This document shows, one piece after another, positions 24,977 through 36,591 of a stretch of 64,000 bases of DNA (the first letter of the stretch is position 1; each line of letters begins with the position of its first letter). Under the pieces are notes generated by a model. The model did not search any database, was not told where the DNA came from, and saw nothing but the letters and a program-made list of their open reading frames with translations. This stretch comes from Patellaria atrata CBS 101060. Taxonomy: Eukaryota. A program made the translations under genes and the position numbers. The stretch spans positions 693,905 through 757,904 of the forward strand of contig MU006097.1 in the NCBI GenBank assembly GCA_010093705.1, written 5' to 3'.

Positions 24977-26367
24977 TATGAACGTGCAGTATGAAAGGGA
25001 GACGAAGTAAGGAAGTTTGATAGAAGGAATCCAGACAAGTATACAATTGAAGTGGACGCTGTGTAATTATGAGAGCCATTGTCTTGGAGCGGAAATCCTT
25101 ACAGTATTTGATTCGTTGATCTTTGTCTTCGGAGAAGGCGAACTTTCTACTGGTCATAGTGTGGTCTCTCAAAATGTGCGTATCAGTACAACTTCATGAC
25201 TGAATGGCAGAATGCTACGAGCGCCGAAGTACAGTCAGACTGCAACAATAGGCCGCCGACAGTGTAATCAGGACTACACGCCGTAGGGCAACCGCTTCCA
25301 TTCGTTTCATAGAATCGACGGGGGTATTAGAAAATTAAAGTCGTAAAGCCATCTGGTCTGAAGGGGTATAGAATGTGTTTTGAATTGTAAATCCCAAGTA
25401 GCGACTAGGGACGGACTGGGGAAATTGAGCCAGCTTGTGAAACTATTAGTTGACGATCTTCTATTGTTTAGACGATAGTTATCGATTGGGGCGAGTTCGT
25501 ACACCCTCACACTTCTGTGGATCGTTGAGCTACACAACATTTTAAGGTAGCAAGGAAAACCACGAGATCATTCTGTGTAAGATGGAATTCCAAGTTTCAC
25601 AGGAGCTAGAAAATCATGTTCTGTACGAGTTCTAAGCATGACGATCAACATGCTAGATGTCCTCGATAGAATACGCTCTTATCCTCTCATTGTAATAATA
25701 CTGTATCGAAAAGTAACAAGATATGTATTGTAAATTGCGTCGTGAGCGTACTACTGCGGCGGCGTAAGATTGACAGCTGCACTGTTAACAGTCAGACTCG
25801 AAGGTGCAGTCACTGTACTCAATGGACATGTACGGCCGTTGCATCGATGACCACCACATTTGATTGACATAGAGGTGAGCAGAGGTGAAGTTGATGGGAT
25901 GAGACATGAGAACTCGCTTCCGGATCGGCTCTTCTTGTCAGTGGCTGAATCTTGCAGTAAACAGGCCAGGGGTCTTTCTTGCTTAACAAATTCCACCACG
26001 GGTTCGGTTTTTTACCTCTCCACCACCTCAACGCCTTGATACTATCACCTCAAGATCAACTTCTGTATAGATCGGCAGGTACGCAACTTCGGGAAAGACA
26101 CCCTTCTCCGAAACAATGTCTGAGAAAAGAGGAGTAGAGCATCGTCATATCGCGTCGGTTTCTGGCGACCCGATCATAGACCCTAACACCGGATACCCCA
26201 AGGTAGAGGGATTGTGTTGCGTAGGACGATGTCCCTGTTGAATGTCGCATGATTCCATTATATAGAAGTAACCTGCCATTCCCCCCCCTAGTTATAGATT
26301 TCTTTTTATCACCCTCCTTGGTTACGCAATAAGGTTCGCACGCTGCAGTCATCTTCAAGCTATCTCC

Positions 26368-27942
26368 ATGGGTTCAATTACTCCAGGTCTTCTCAATATG
26401 GACCCAAAACCAGTGGGATCTTATCCACCTACTAGTATTGACATTATTGTCGTAGGTACCGGACTTGCAGGTTTAACTGCTGCAATCGAGTGTACTCGGA
26501 AAGGCCACAATGTGAGGGTTCTGGAGAGGAATGCGACCATAAACACCGCTGGTAAATCTCTAGTAATGTCATAGTTGCAAGAGTCTAATAGCTATCTTAG
26601 GTGACATGTACTTCATGGGCTTGAGTGCCACCAGATTCATGAAGCATTGGCCCGAATTAGCAGAGGAATATGACTCTATTTCTCTCCACGAAGCCTGGAT
26701 CGAGACCTTCAAGCACAGCGGCGAGCAAATGATCAGGCCTTTGAAAGTAGCGGATAGGTTACGAGCCCAGGGGTTAGATCCTAAGACGCCACCTGGGACT
26801 TTCCAAATGCGTCCTCTAGTCTACAAGATGTTCGTTCGTCAAGTAGAGAGGCTCGGTATCCCGCTAGAGTTCAATTCTAGAGTAGTAGATTACTTCGAGG
26901 ACGAAGTAACTGGTAAGGCCAGTGTTATCACCGATGATGGCAGAACATACGAAGCAGACGTCGTTATTGCTGCAGATGGTGTTGGCTCAAAGTCTCAGAA
27001 ACTCGTTGGAGGCCAGGTTAGAGCAGTCTCATCTGGCAGGGCAATGTGGCGTGCAGCTTTCCCGAAAGAGCATCTTGATAAGAATCCTGAAGTGAAGGAG
27101 TTCTTCAAGATGATGCCGAACAATGAGCCTATTGTCCGCACATTCCTTGGGTGAGTGACCTCGCTATTTGTTACAATCATAGCTGACATCTCAGTCCTGG
27201 AACATATGCTCTTACTCTAACTCGAGATGACGCCATGATCTGGATCCTGAACCACGATGCTACGGGCACAGAGGCCGAAAACTGGAACAATACCATCGAC
27301 TCAGCTGAAGTCCTCGAAGGTCTCGACAAGATGCAAGGTGGTAACTGGGCTCCCATCTTCAAAGAGCTTGTCAAATGCACACCCCCAAATACCATCATCA
27401 ACTTCGAACTGCTCTGGCGAAACCCACAACCCAGCTGGATCTCCCCCACAGGTCGTGTAATCCAAATCGGTGACGCTGCGCACTCTTACCTCCCAGCGTC
27501 CGGAAACGGCGCCACTCAAGCGATCGAGGACGCCATATCCATCGCCTCATGCCTCCAGCTCGGCGGCAAGGAAAACGTCCCGCAATCAACGCGCACTCAC
27601 GTCCGCATCCGCTTCGTGCGCAATGCTTGTGCGCAGAAACTTGGTTTCTCCAACGCAGAATTACTTCAAGAAACGGACTGGTCGAAGGTCAAGATAGACC
27701 CACGGAGAGCGCAGCCTAAGCTTCCCAAATGGGTTTGGAGTCACGATCCCGAGCTCTACGCATACGAGAACTACGACAAGGCCGTGGAGAGTATGAAGAA
27801 GGGTGTAGATTTGAGGGATGAGGATAGCTTTCCGCCGAATTACCCTAAGGGGTATCGCTATGAGCCTTGGAATATCGAGGCCATCATGGATGATATGCGC
27901 GCGGGTAAACCGGTGGACCTGGGCGCCGGAGATTGGGAATAG
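26368..27942 (+). CDS. FAD-dependent monooxygenase (salicylate hydroxylase/MAK1-like); exons 26368-26551, 26601-27150, 27195-27942
   Basis: GxGxxG (VVGTGLAG), DG motif (IAADGVGS) and GD motif (IGDAAHSYLPASGNGATQAIEDA). Confidence 0.95.
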
Positions 27943-28138
27943 TTCTCGTATCGGTCTGCATGATGCGGGCTTAATATCTGTCTTAGATCTGTAGAACACT
28001 TATCGTAATAATTTTCCTCGAATCAAAGCATAAATATATCCGACCGTTGCATTGCAGACTCGTATATCAGTACAACGAATGAAATATATCTATCATCCAA
28101 TGAAATTGTTCTAACTTACCTTTCACAACTGAGATCTT

Positions 28139-28522
28139 TTAGCCTCTCCCCACCTCAGTCTCTCCTCTAAGCGTCAGGTTGTACTGTACACCCCTCTCTA
28201 TGCTTACCTCAGGCTCCCCATCAAAACGTTGTCCCTGAAGATCCTCAGGCTTAGGTTCCCTCTCCCTGGAAACGGAATCAGGCGGCCCAGATCTGACACG
28301 CATCGGATCTCCAACGGCAAGCTTGCATCCCTGTAACACTTCCCTGTCAATTATGAAAACCTTTCGAATGTTGTGAAACACCTCTTTTGGCTTTCTCCCA
28401 CGTACAGAGACCGGTAAGAGGTTTACTGTTATTTCTGCTTTTTCGAGATGGTAAGGCTAAGGATGGAAAGTTTTGTGCGGGTTTGGGGATGCATGGGAAT
28501 GCGGACGGTTCAAGAAAGTCAT
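28139..28522 (-). pseudogene. Small hypothetical ORF with one in-frame TAG
   Basis: MTFLNRPH...FHP*PYHLEKAEITV...GETEVGRG* reads in one frame apart from one stop; no known motif. Confidence 0.25.
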
Positions 28523-28684
28523 GATGTCATAGGCTGAGATGAGTAGTGCTCATGGGGTTGTTCAAATATTGAGAGTAGGTTCATATCATTGCATTGAGAA
28601 TGATCGAGTATAGATACTAACTGAAATGAATTCTATGAAGCTGTATTTAACTATGAAAGCATTCAAACGCCCGAAAGTCACTCA

Positions 28685-29596
28685 TTACTTAGTATCAAAA
28701 TCGCTCGTCTCCTTCAACCAGCTCTCCATGTCCTTTAAACCCGGATGTATTTTGCGCAGCTGCTGAATATCGGCACCGTACCCCTCAGCCGCGAACCAAC
28801 TGATCATATGATCGAACTCTTTCATCGCCCACATCAAGGCACTTCCGAGAATCGAGAAGGTCGCCTTAAACGGAGTACCTGTTGTGTTCTGGATGGCTCT
28901 ACTGACTTCAGCCGCATTTAACTCGTCTCCGGCGAGAGAGATTGCCTTGTGATTCCACTCCTCGGGATTGTCGAAGGACTTTGCTGCGAAAGCACCAATA
29001 TCCTCTGTTGCGACCCATTGTAGCTTCTTGTCACCCATTTTATTCGTCAAGGCAGCTAGGAACACCTTAGATTGGAATTCAGGAGTCAGGTTGTCCATGA
29101 AGGCAGCGGGACGAAGAATGGTCCAACTCATGGCCCCCGCATTGTCTCGTAGGTGATGTTCGATCTTGTGTTTCGTTTGGAAATGCGGAATAGGTGTCTC
29201 GTTCTCCCAGCTCTTAGACTCACCACCACGGTCTACACTACTGTATACAAAGTGCTTGACGCTGTTCTTAATGCTCTCGTCGACGAGAGATATACCTTGG
29301 CGGATCTCCCCTTCGTGACTTGCTCCCTTACCCTGAGAGATCTGTACCGAGTATACACCCCAAATTGGCTCCGAACTAACTTCTTTAGCGGCAGCGAACA
29401 GGGAGGGTACGTCGTTGAGGTCGCCTTTGATAGGTTTGACGGAAGGAGATTTGGCAGCTAGTTTCTGAGCGCTGCTAGAGCTGGGGTCGCGAGTGACAGC
29501 GAGGATGTTATATTTGGTAGGAGACGAGAGGAGGGATTTGATAACCGCTCCACCTTGCTTGCCTGTAGCACCTGTGACAAGGATAACTTTAGACAT
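28685..29596 (-). CDS. NmrA-like NAD(P)-binding protein, 303 aa
   Basis: VTGATGKQGG Rossmann motif, HFVYSSVDRGG, PHFQTKH, ILRPAAFMDN. Confidence 0.93.
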   Translation of the reverse strand: MSKVILVTGATGKQGGAVIKSLLSSPTKYNILAVTRDPSSSSAQKLAAKSPSVKPIKGDLNDVPSLFAAAKEVSSEPIWGVYSVQISQGKGASHEGEIRQGISLVDESIKNSVKHFVYSSVDRGGESKSWENETPIPHFQTKHKIEHHLRDNAGAMSWTILRPAAFMDNLTPEFQSKVFLAALTNKMGDKKLQWVATEDIGAFAAKSFDNPEEWNHKAISLAGDELNAAEVSRAIQNTTGTPFKATFSILGSALMWAMKEFDHMISWFAAEGYGADIQQLRKIHPGLKDMESWLKETSDFDTK

Positions 29597-30154
29597 TGTT
29601 TCAATTTTAATTTCGTTGGATATGTAGAGTTGTAGATGTCGTATTGAGAATTGTGATTGCTTTGGATATGTGGAGTTGTAGAGAAGACAGTGGTGTTGAC
29701 AATGCTTCTTTTTAACCTTTCAGATACTGTTGGGGTAGTCCATGATATAATGGTTTCGGCATGACGAACTCCCAAAAACGCCGATGCGTTGATAATCCAC
29801 GATTGCAGACGGGATTGTCATTAGCCCGGTCGTATGCATGTGTTTTCGCTCGGCAGGTTCTCCATATTTTGCGGATTACGGTAGCACGGTGGGTACAAGT
29901 TACCGATAGTCTGCTTAAACGAAACAGAAATCAGAAAGCCCTTACCTTAAGGTTATCTCCACTGCTTTGTAACCGAAGAGGCCGCTTACCTTATCTCCCG
30001 TCGGCGGGGCTACCTTCTACCTTATTACATATCCATTGTCGCGAGTTGCCTTCCCATCATCTCATCAACAACGTTACGTGAGGGCTATTCTGTGTATAGG
30101 GTAGGATCTGACTTAATATCGACCAGAGTTGAGGAGATGGGTTCTATAGAATGC

Positions 30155-30212
30155 TTTCTGTCTTTCTTTTTTTCTGTTTTTCTGTCTTTCTGTTTTTCTG
30201 TCTTTCTGTCTC
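30155..30212 (+). repeat. Pyrimidine-rich microsatellite (TTTCTGTY)n
   Basis: About seven imperfect copies of an 8-nt unit. Confidence 0.85.
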
Positions 30213-30540
30213 ACCTTCAGGTTTTGCAGATGAATCCTTCCCGTCCGCTTTAGATCTCGATCTAGCCTATTCCGTATTGGGTCTTGCTCTTCGCATTACG
30301 ACCTCAAACTTAACCCGACAACAAGCTGAGGTATAAGACTTATATGTTATTCGTCGCAGTTACCCAGTTACAGTATCTTTAAGAAATGCGTTTTAGTAGA
30401 AATAATAGGCGCATATTTTTATGCGATATTACATGGAATTTTCTATAGAACTAGTACGAGCTTGTAAAAAGCTAGTATGTAGCTATCTCAACCTTTGCGA
30501 ACAACCGAAACTTAATCCCTAATCAGACGAAGCAGTGTTG

Positions 30541-32557
30541 ATGACTGCAATGGACACAATGATATCTAGCGTTGTGTCAACATCTACGGAGTATCAATAT
30601 CTATCCCTTCCCACCGATCGATCATTTAGACTCTTGAAAGTTATCTATCACAACGATTCTTTCCCTGAGCTGAGCTACAGCCTTCATAATTTCTCTATTG
30701 ATACTTGTCCTCCCTATAACACTCTTTCGTACACATGGGGTAATCCAATCTGTAACAGAAGTGACGATCTGGAGAGGAGAAGGGTCTTCATGAGAGGAGT
30801 TATTATATCTCATGCGATGGACACACCATTCTCGTAAAAAAGAACCTTGCAGACTTTTTTGTCTGATGGAAGGAACTCCCCGAAAGAAATATTGAGTGGC
30901 TGTGGGTGGATGCTGTCTGCATCAATCAGTCTGATCTCGAAGAACGAGCAACGCAAGTTGATCTAATAGGAGAGGTCTTTTTTAAAAGCAGTATCAGTCA
31001 TCGTTTGGTTGGGTGCATCGGAACGGGGTGTGGAACTGACTCAGCAAGACCTCTCCAACCTAACGTTTCTTGAAGAGTTTAGAATAAGTCTCCCACCTCG
31101 AGATGTCCTGCAGAGAATCTATGATTTTTTTGGACTTTTTTGTATCAAGGACATGGTTTAGTCGAGTGTGAGTCGCCCAGGAACTCGCACTGGCCCGCCA
31201 GATGCGAGGTTTATGTGGATCATACGAACTCTCATGGGAAAATATGATCGAAGTTGGGTTAATCATGGACTATGCTCAGTGGTCGCAGCCTTATGTATCA
31301 ACCAGTCCTAACCACGGAACATAATATTCTGTAGAGCAGCTCTTAGGACTGGCTTTTCTACGTCAAGTAATATCCCTAGATGGCAGGCACTTACCGGAAG
31401 AGGATGTGACACCATCGAGTGAGGAGCTCCTAATACTGATTACTGGTATGTGTATTCTATATATGCAGTACGGATGGCACGATCAATGTCTGCGACGGAC
31501 AATAGAGATAAATTCTTCGCCCTCATCAGAATAGTCAACCAACTTGGCACGAGGGTATCCGAGAATGTACCACTCTTTGGTGCAAATTAGCTCTCTTCCG
31601 TCTAAGATGTATTTTTTTTCCTTTGTCGAAATCAGTGTAATCCGTCTTGCTTCTTTCATTCTCTCGATGGTGGAGGATAAATCAGAAAGAAATGTCAAAA
31701 ACCTACCCTCGTGGGTCCCGGATTTGACTTGTAAGAGAGTTCCAGGAGACAAAGCCAACGTGAAGAAGGGGTTCGATGTTTCCCCAATTTGGAGAAAGGA
31801 ACATCGAGGTTGTTCAATCACTGATAACATCTGGATTGCGCAAGGTATCCAGTTTGTCACAGTAGCTGATGTAATCGAGCCCGATTCAGACGAGTGTTGG
31901 GCGCTGACACTTCTCTACTTCTGCTAAACCTTTTCCTCAAAATGTTACCCGTTCACCAACCAATCTTTGGTCGAAGATCTTTGACGTACCTATACAGCAG
32001 ATTAACTAGATGGATTGAAAGGAAATACTACCGTTTCCCTAGCGCCTGCTGCCTGTGCTGAGGAACTCAAGCTACTACTTGAGTACCAGTCCTCTCGGCA
32101 TTATCATATGATCGAAAGTTCAAATCCAGATGCTGCTCAACAATTTCTAGAAGAAATCGAATAGACTCACGCAGCTCTCCTGTTAGATGAACACGACCAG
32201 AGCCTTCCATCTTTAAGAGACATAAAGGAAGTTATAAGAGCGGATTTTATCGGGGAAATCGCGGATACTCAAAAATCTGAAGAATATCCGAATTCCACAT
32301 ACGGTGTCTCCTTAAGCATAATGGGTGCGGGTCGAGGTCTAATCCGAACGCTGGTTGGATATATCGGACTGGGTCCCGACTCGGTCGCTATCGGCGATAG
32401 ACTCTTCTTGCTTGAGGGCTCTATGGTTCCTCATGTGCTTTGGAAGTGTTCAAATCGCGAAGGGTATGAGTTTTTCGGTGAAGCTTATTTGCACGGTTGT
32501 AACCATGAAGAGATCGGTGCTTTAAAGGATGAGGTTAGGGGGGTCAATATTGTCTGA
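30541..32557 (+). pseudogene. HET-domain (HET-6-like) heterokaryon incompatibility gene, disrupted
   Basis: SFRLL, YNTLSYTWG, WLWVDAVCINQSDLEER, VIVWLG, WFSRV*VAQE, LPSWVPD and GYIGLGP...GD...GEAYLHG motifs spread over several frames with stops. Confidence 0.9.
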
Positions 32558-34029
32558 TCTATATGACTATAAGCAGTAGTGTTCTTAACTATGTTGTATA
32601 GGTCTTGCTGAAGTCATGGAAGTTTGGTAATTGGTTCAGTTTTTATTTCATTCGGTAGTTCCTTTTGAGGTTAGGTAGCCCTTTTTTTCATCTCACTAGT
32701 CTTTTGTTGATTCGAATAGTAGTCTTTCCGCTAGGCCAGCAAGTACGCTCTATTATTGTAGAATCGGTCAAGTGCTAATCCACGACGATGGAATGTTGCT
32801 TCAATCTAAACTTGAAGGCATTTGCATGATCTATCCGATCTGGGACGGCGTCCTTTTACGCGGGTAGGGATGAAGTGTTTATGTAGGGTACACCATTGCA
32901 AGTACTCCATTGTAAAGTAAGAGAAGGAGTGGGAATATATGTGGTATAGTAAATCTAAACTAGACCGCCATAAATATCAGCAAATCCTAACAATATTCAA
33001 CCTTTCTAAAGCCTTGATCTCGAAATCCGAAGGTTGCCAAAGTTTATCATATTCGAATCCTTGACAAAGTTTGATAGAGATATTCCTAAACTTGATTTGA
33101 TCATGATCTTCTTGCTTAAGAACAAGTAAGCTTGCTTCGGTCTATTAAATCAAAGAAGATGGTATCGAGAGTTTGAAAGAATTGAGGGTGTATATCATCA
33201 GTTAAGTAGAGGCAAAAGCCAAATGATGAAGGAGTCCACCTACCTTAGAATTCAGGGTCCCGTAAATATGGTAAGAAAGAATTAAATGTTGTTATCTTAC
33301 GGTATTCAATTCTACCTCTTAACGTGATACAATTTCGACTAATTGAAAGATAGATGGTATTCGTAAGAAATGTCAGATCATACTGCTGAATAAAGAATTC
33401 GAAAGTGAGATTTACGAATGACACCTCTTCATCGTACGAGTATGAAAACTGTAATGTTCATAGAAGAAGGGATAAAGAATGGTTCCTACCACTAATCTCC
33501 AACAGAGATGGTCTCTCTTTCTGGTGGGTTCAGATAACTCACAGGAAAAGCAATTGACTCCGGTCCAAAGCGACAGTCTCTCAACTAGGAAATTGGCATA
33601 TCAATAAATTCATCCACCAATGTGATAGCAAAAATGGTTAACGGACTTGTCTCTGTCGCGTCGATAAGGTATCCGCGGAGCGCTTGTGGCGTTTGTGGCG
33701 CATATGAGAAGCGGCGCACCAAACCCCCCTGTCAGGGTTGAACTGCGCGGGAGCTCAAGATGTCGTGCACCCACAAAACATCTTTCTGCTCTGAACGCAC
33801 GTGAGAAGAAGATGCTCTACGTCCTTTTATGATCATCTAGAATGCCAGAATAAATATTCCTACTGGTCTCCTCTTCTCTAAACCCTCCAACAATCAGCAC
33901 AGCCACCGAGCGCATGACGAAGCTTGGGTTCCCAAGCTCAGTGATCTGACGGCGAGTTTCTACAAGTACTCTGTAGATATTGTTCGACATTCGAAGCCCT
34001 TCCTTAGATTTTCCAGATGAGAGACGGCG

Positions 34030-35831
34030 ATGCTGGCCTCTCCCTCTCCTCCAAACTCTCCCTCTTTTAAGGGCCGGCGGAGAGGCTTCGCGCGGAGATG
34101 TGAGCGATATTGTTGTAACACCGTGACATACTTTCCTCTGGTCTTCGTTTATGGACTTTCAAGCTGGGCAGCTTGGGTACTCACACGGTTTAGATATGAA
34201 CCCACGAGCGGGTTCTGGAGGGGTATGAGATACCACACTTTTGAGGCTACATTTGCTAACTTTAAGCTCTTCTAGGCCAGGTTGCCCCGGCTGTCAGTGT
34301 TATACTTTATCTGCTCCTGAACTGGTGCTACACATGCGCCGTGTTTACTTCTCCCGGGTCACCTCTCGATAGCATGCAAAATAATGGCTACTCCTCCCTT
34401 CCTTCAACCAACGCTCCGCCCCCGTTTACGTCCTTCACAGTCAAATCTACGGGGGATATCAGGTACTGTAAAAAGTGTCAGTGTAATAAACCAGATCGGG
34501 CCCATCACTGTTCAACATGTGGGAAGTGTGTGTTGAAAATGGACCATCATTGCCCCTGGCTAGCAACATGCGTTGGACTGAGAAACCATAAAGCTTTCTT
34601 GCTTTTTCTGATATATACGAGCTTGTTCTGCATCGTAGATTGCGCAGCTACTGGGAGCTGGTTGTACTATGAGCTTGCAAACGATGGCCGTTTCGAAGAG
34701 GCGGCAATGCCAGTGCACTATATACTTTTAGTAGTGATGTCCGGGATCATAGGGCTAGTCCTTACCGGCTTTACTGCATGGCATATTGTACTTGTCTGTC
34801 GCGGTCAGACGACAATTGAAAATCTAGAGAAGACAAGATATCTTTCCCCCTTACGACAACATATGCAACAAAACTTGGATAACCGCCACTACGTAGATGG
34901 AGATGTTGAAGGCCGCCCAAGTATCGGAGATCAGCTGATGGATATTCATGCCAATGCTCTCCCCGGCGTTACTCGTCCTGAGGAAGGTGTCGACGGATCT
35001 TCTTCCCCGTATTCTCCGGCTCAACAATATCTTCGACGAAGTTATGCAGATATAGAGCGTCAGCGGGAACGTGATCGCTACAATGATTACCTTGAGGAAC
35101 TGGAGTTGGAGAAGCTTCCTAATGCATTCGACGTTGGCTGGCGCCGAAATGTTCAAAACGTGTTCGGGAAAAATCACTGGTTGTGGCTAGTTCCCATATC
35201 AACCCACCTCTGCGACGGCTGGAGCTGGGAAGCAAACCCCAAGTGGATAGATGCGAGAGAGCGTATGGCGCGGAAGCGAGACGAGCAGGTAAGACAGCAG
35301 AAAGAGCGCGAGAGGGCCGCGGGATGGGGCCGCGATAGCAGAAACCCAAGTCCCGAAAGAAGTCCTCCGAGAGTGACGAGACACTACTACAACCGACAAT
35401 CACAAGCACCATCACCCTTACGATACGAGACTGGGACCTGGGAAGGTAGGGATGGTTCCGAAAGGAGGTACCTTAGTACTACCAGCGGTGTGCTCACACG
35501 GCCCGCTGGTGGGAGGCGGAGTCCTAATAAAGCAGATCAAATTCTTGGTCGCTCAAGAGAAGAATATTCTGATGGACCACCTGGGCTGGGAACACCGATG
35601 CAGTATCTAGGGCGTAAAAAGTACGTAGAGAGTAGTGATGAAGACGATTATGAAAGTAGCAGTGATGAGGATATGGATCGCAGAGCGGTGATTGAGAGGC
35701 AGAGATCTGGAGAGGTGAAACCAATGGAGACTACGAACTGGAACGATGTGCCTGACGATATGATTGGAAGCAGGAGGAAAGGTTCGAATCCAGGGGTAGG
35801 AAGGGGAAGAAGCAGAGGAAAGTCGGATTAG
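34030..35831 (+). CDS. PFA3: DHHC palmitoyltransferase; exons 34030-34222 and 34276-35831
   Basis: CKKC...KPDRAHHCSTC...CVLKMDHHCPW cysteine-rich domain, TTIE motif, TM helices and Pfa3-type N-terminus. Confidence 0.92.
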
Positions 35832-36591
35832 GAACAAGTACACCTATTGACCTTGTTCATCTTGATTTATGATTGTATAAGTGCATTGGATGGCGCCCGT
35901 ACTACTAATTGACGGTTGATATAGCATTCTCTTTAGGAATTTGAAGATACGGTATTAACAGTTTCGCGATGGTACAGGTGAGATACCATAATTCTTCCGT
36001 ACCTGCTCATCGAAAGTCGTATTATACCAATATTGGCTTGCTTAAAGCGAATTATAAAGGATTGGTTCTTATTACTCTAATTCACTGTTTGTCTTCCTGT
36101 ATTCGCGGCCAAAATTAATTGTTTCCACTCCAGTCCATTCATAACCTGAATTTGCCTCATTCGTACCCCTAACGTACAGGCCAGAAGATCTTCATGTCCG
36201 GGTTTCTAAAAAGTCGGGCGCCGTCATTTTCCCTGTTTATTTATCTCGTGGGCGTACCATCGCTGGCCTACACGGCTGAAATGGCTCGCTTTCGTTACTG
36301 GTCCGCATGTGCCAAACCGTTTCCTGGTCAACGAGACTTCACAGGTACGATATCGGTTTGAAACTGATTTCTCGTGACCGAGCAAAATATGCTCAACGCG
36401 GTCGGCTTGCGTGACATCGTCTGCAAACGCGGAAGCTTCTCCACCACCTTTATATTTCTTCAAGTCTGCGCACCCTCTGATCGCTTCTCAACAAAACAAC
36501 ACCCACATTTCTTTCACGCTACACGTGAATCTCTTCTCAACACACAACATCATCTCCTTCAAGCTAATAATCGTACAGAAAAATCAATACA

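Noticed and set aside
32560..33660. AT-rich, ORF-poor stretch that might be a transposon relic
   Set aside because: No terminal repeats or transposase/RT motifs found in the frames read.
35781..35791. GGTTCGAATCC, a tRNA T-loop/B-box motif
   Set aside because: Lies inside the PFA3 coding sequence with no cloverleaf around it.
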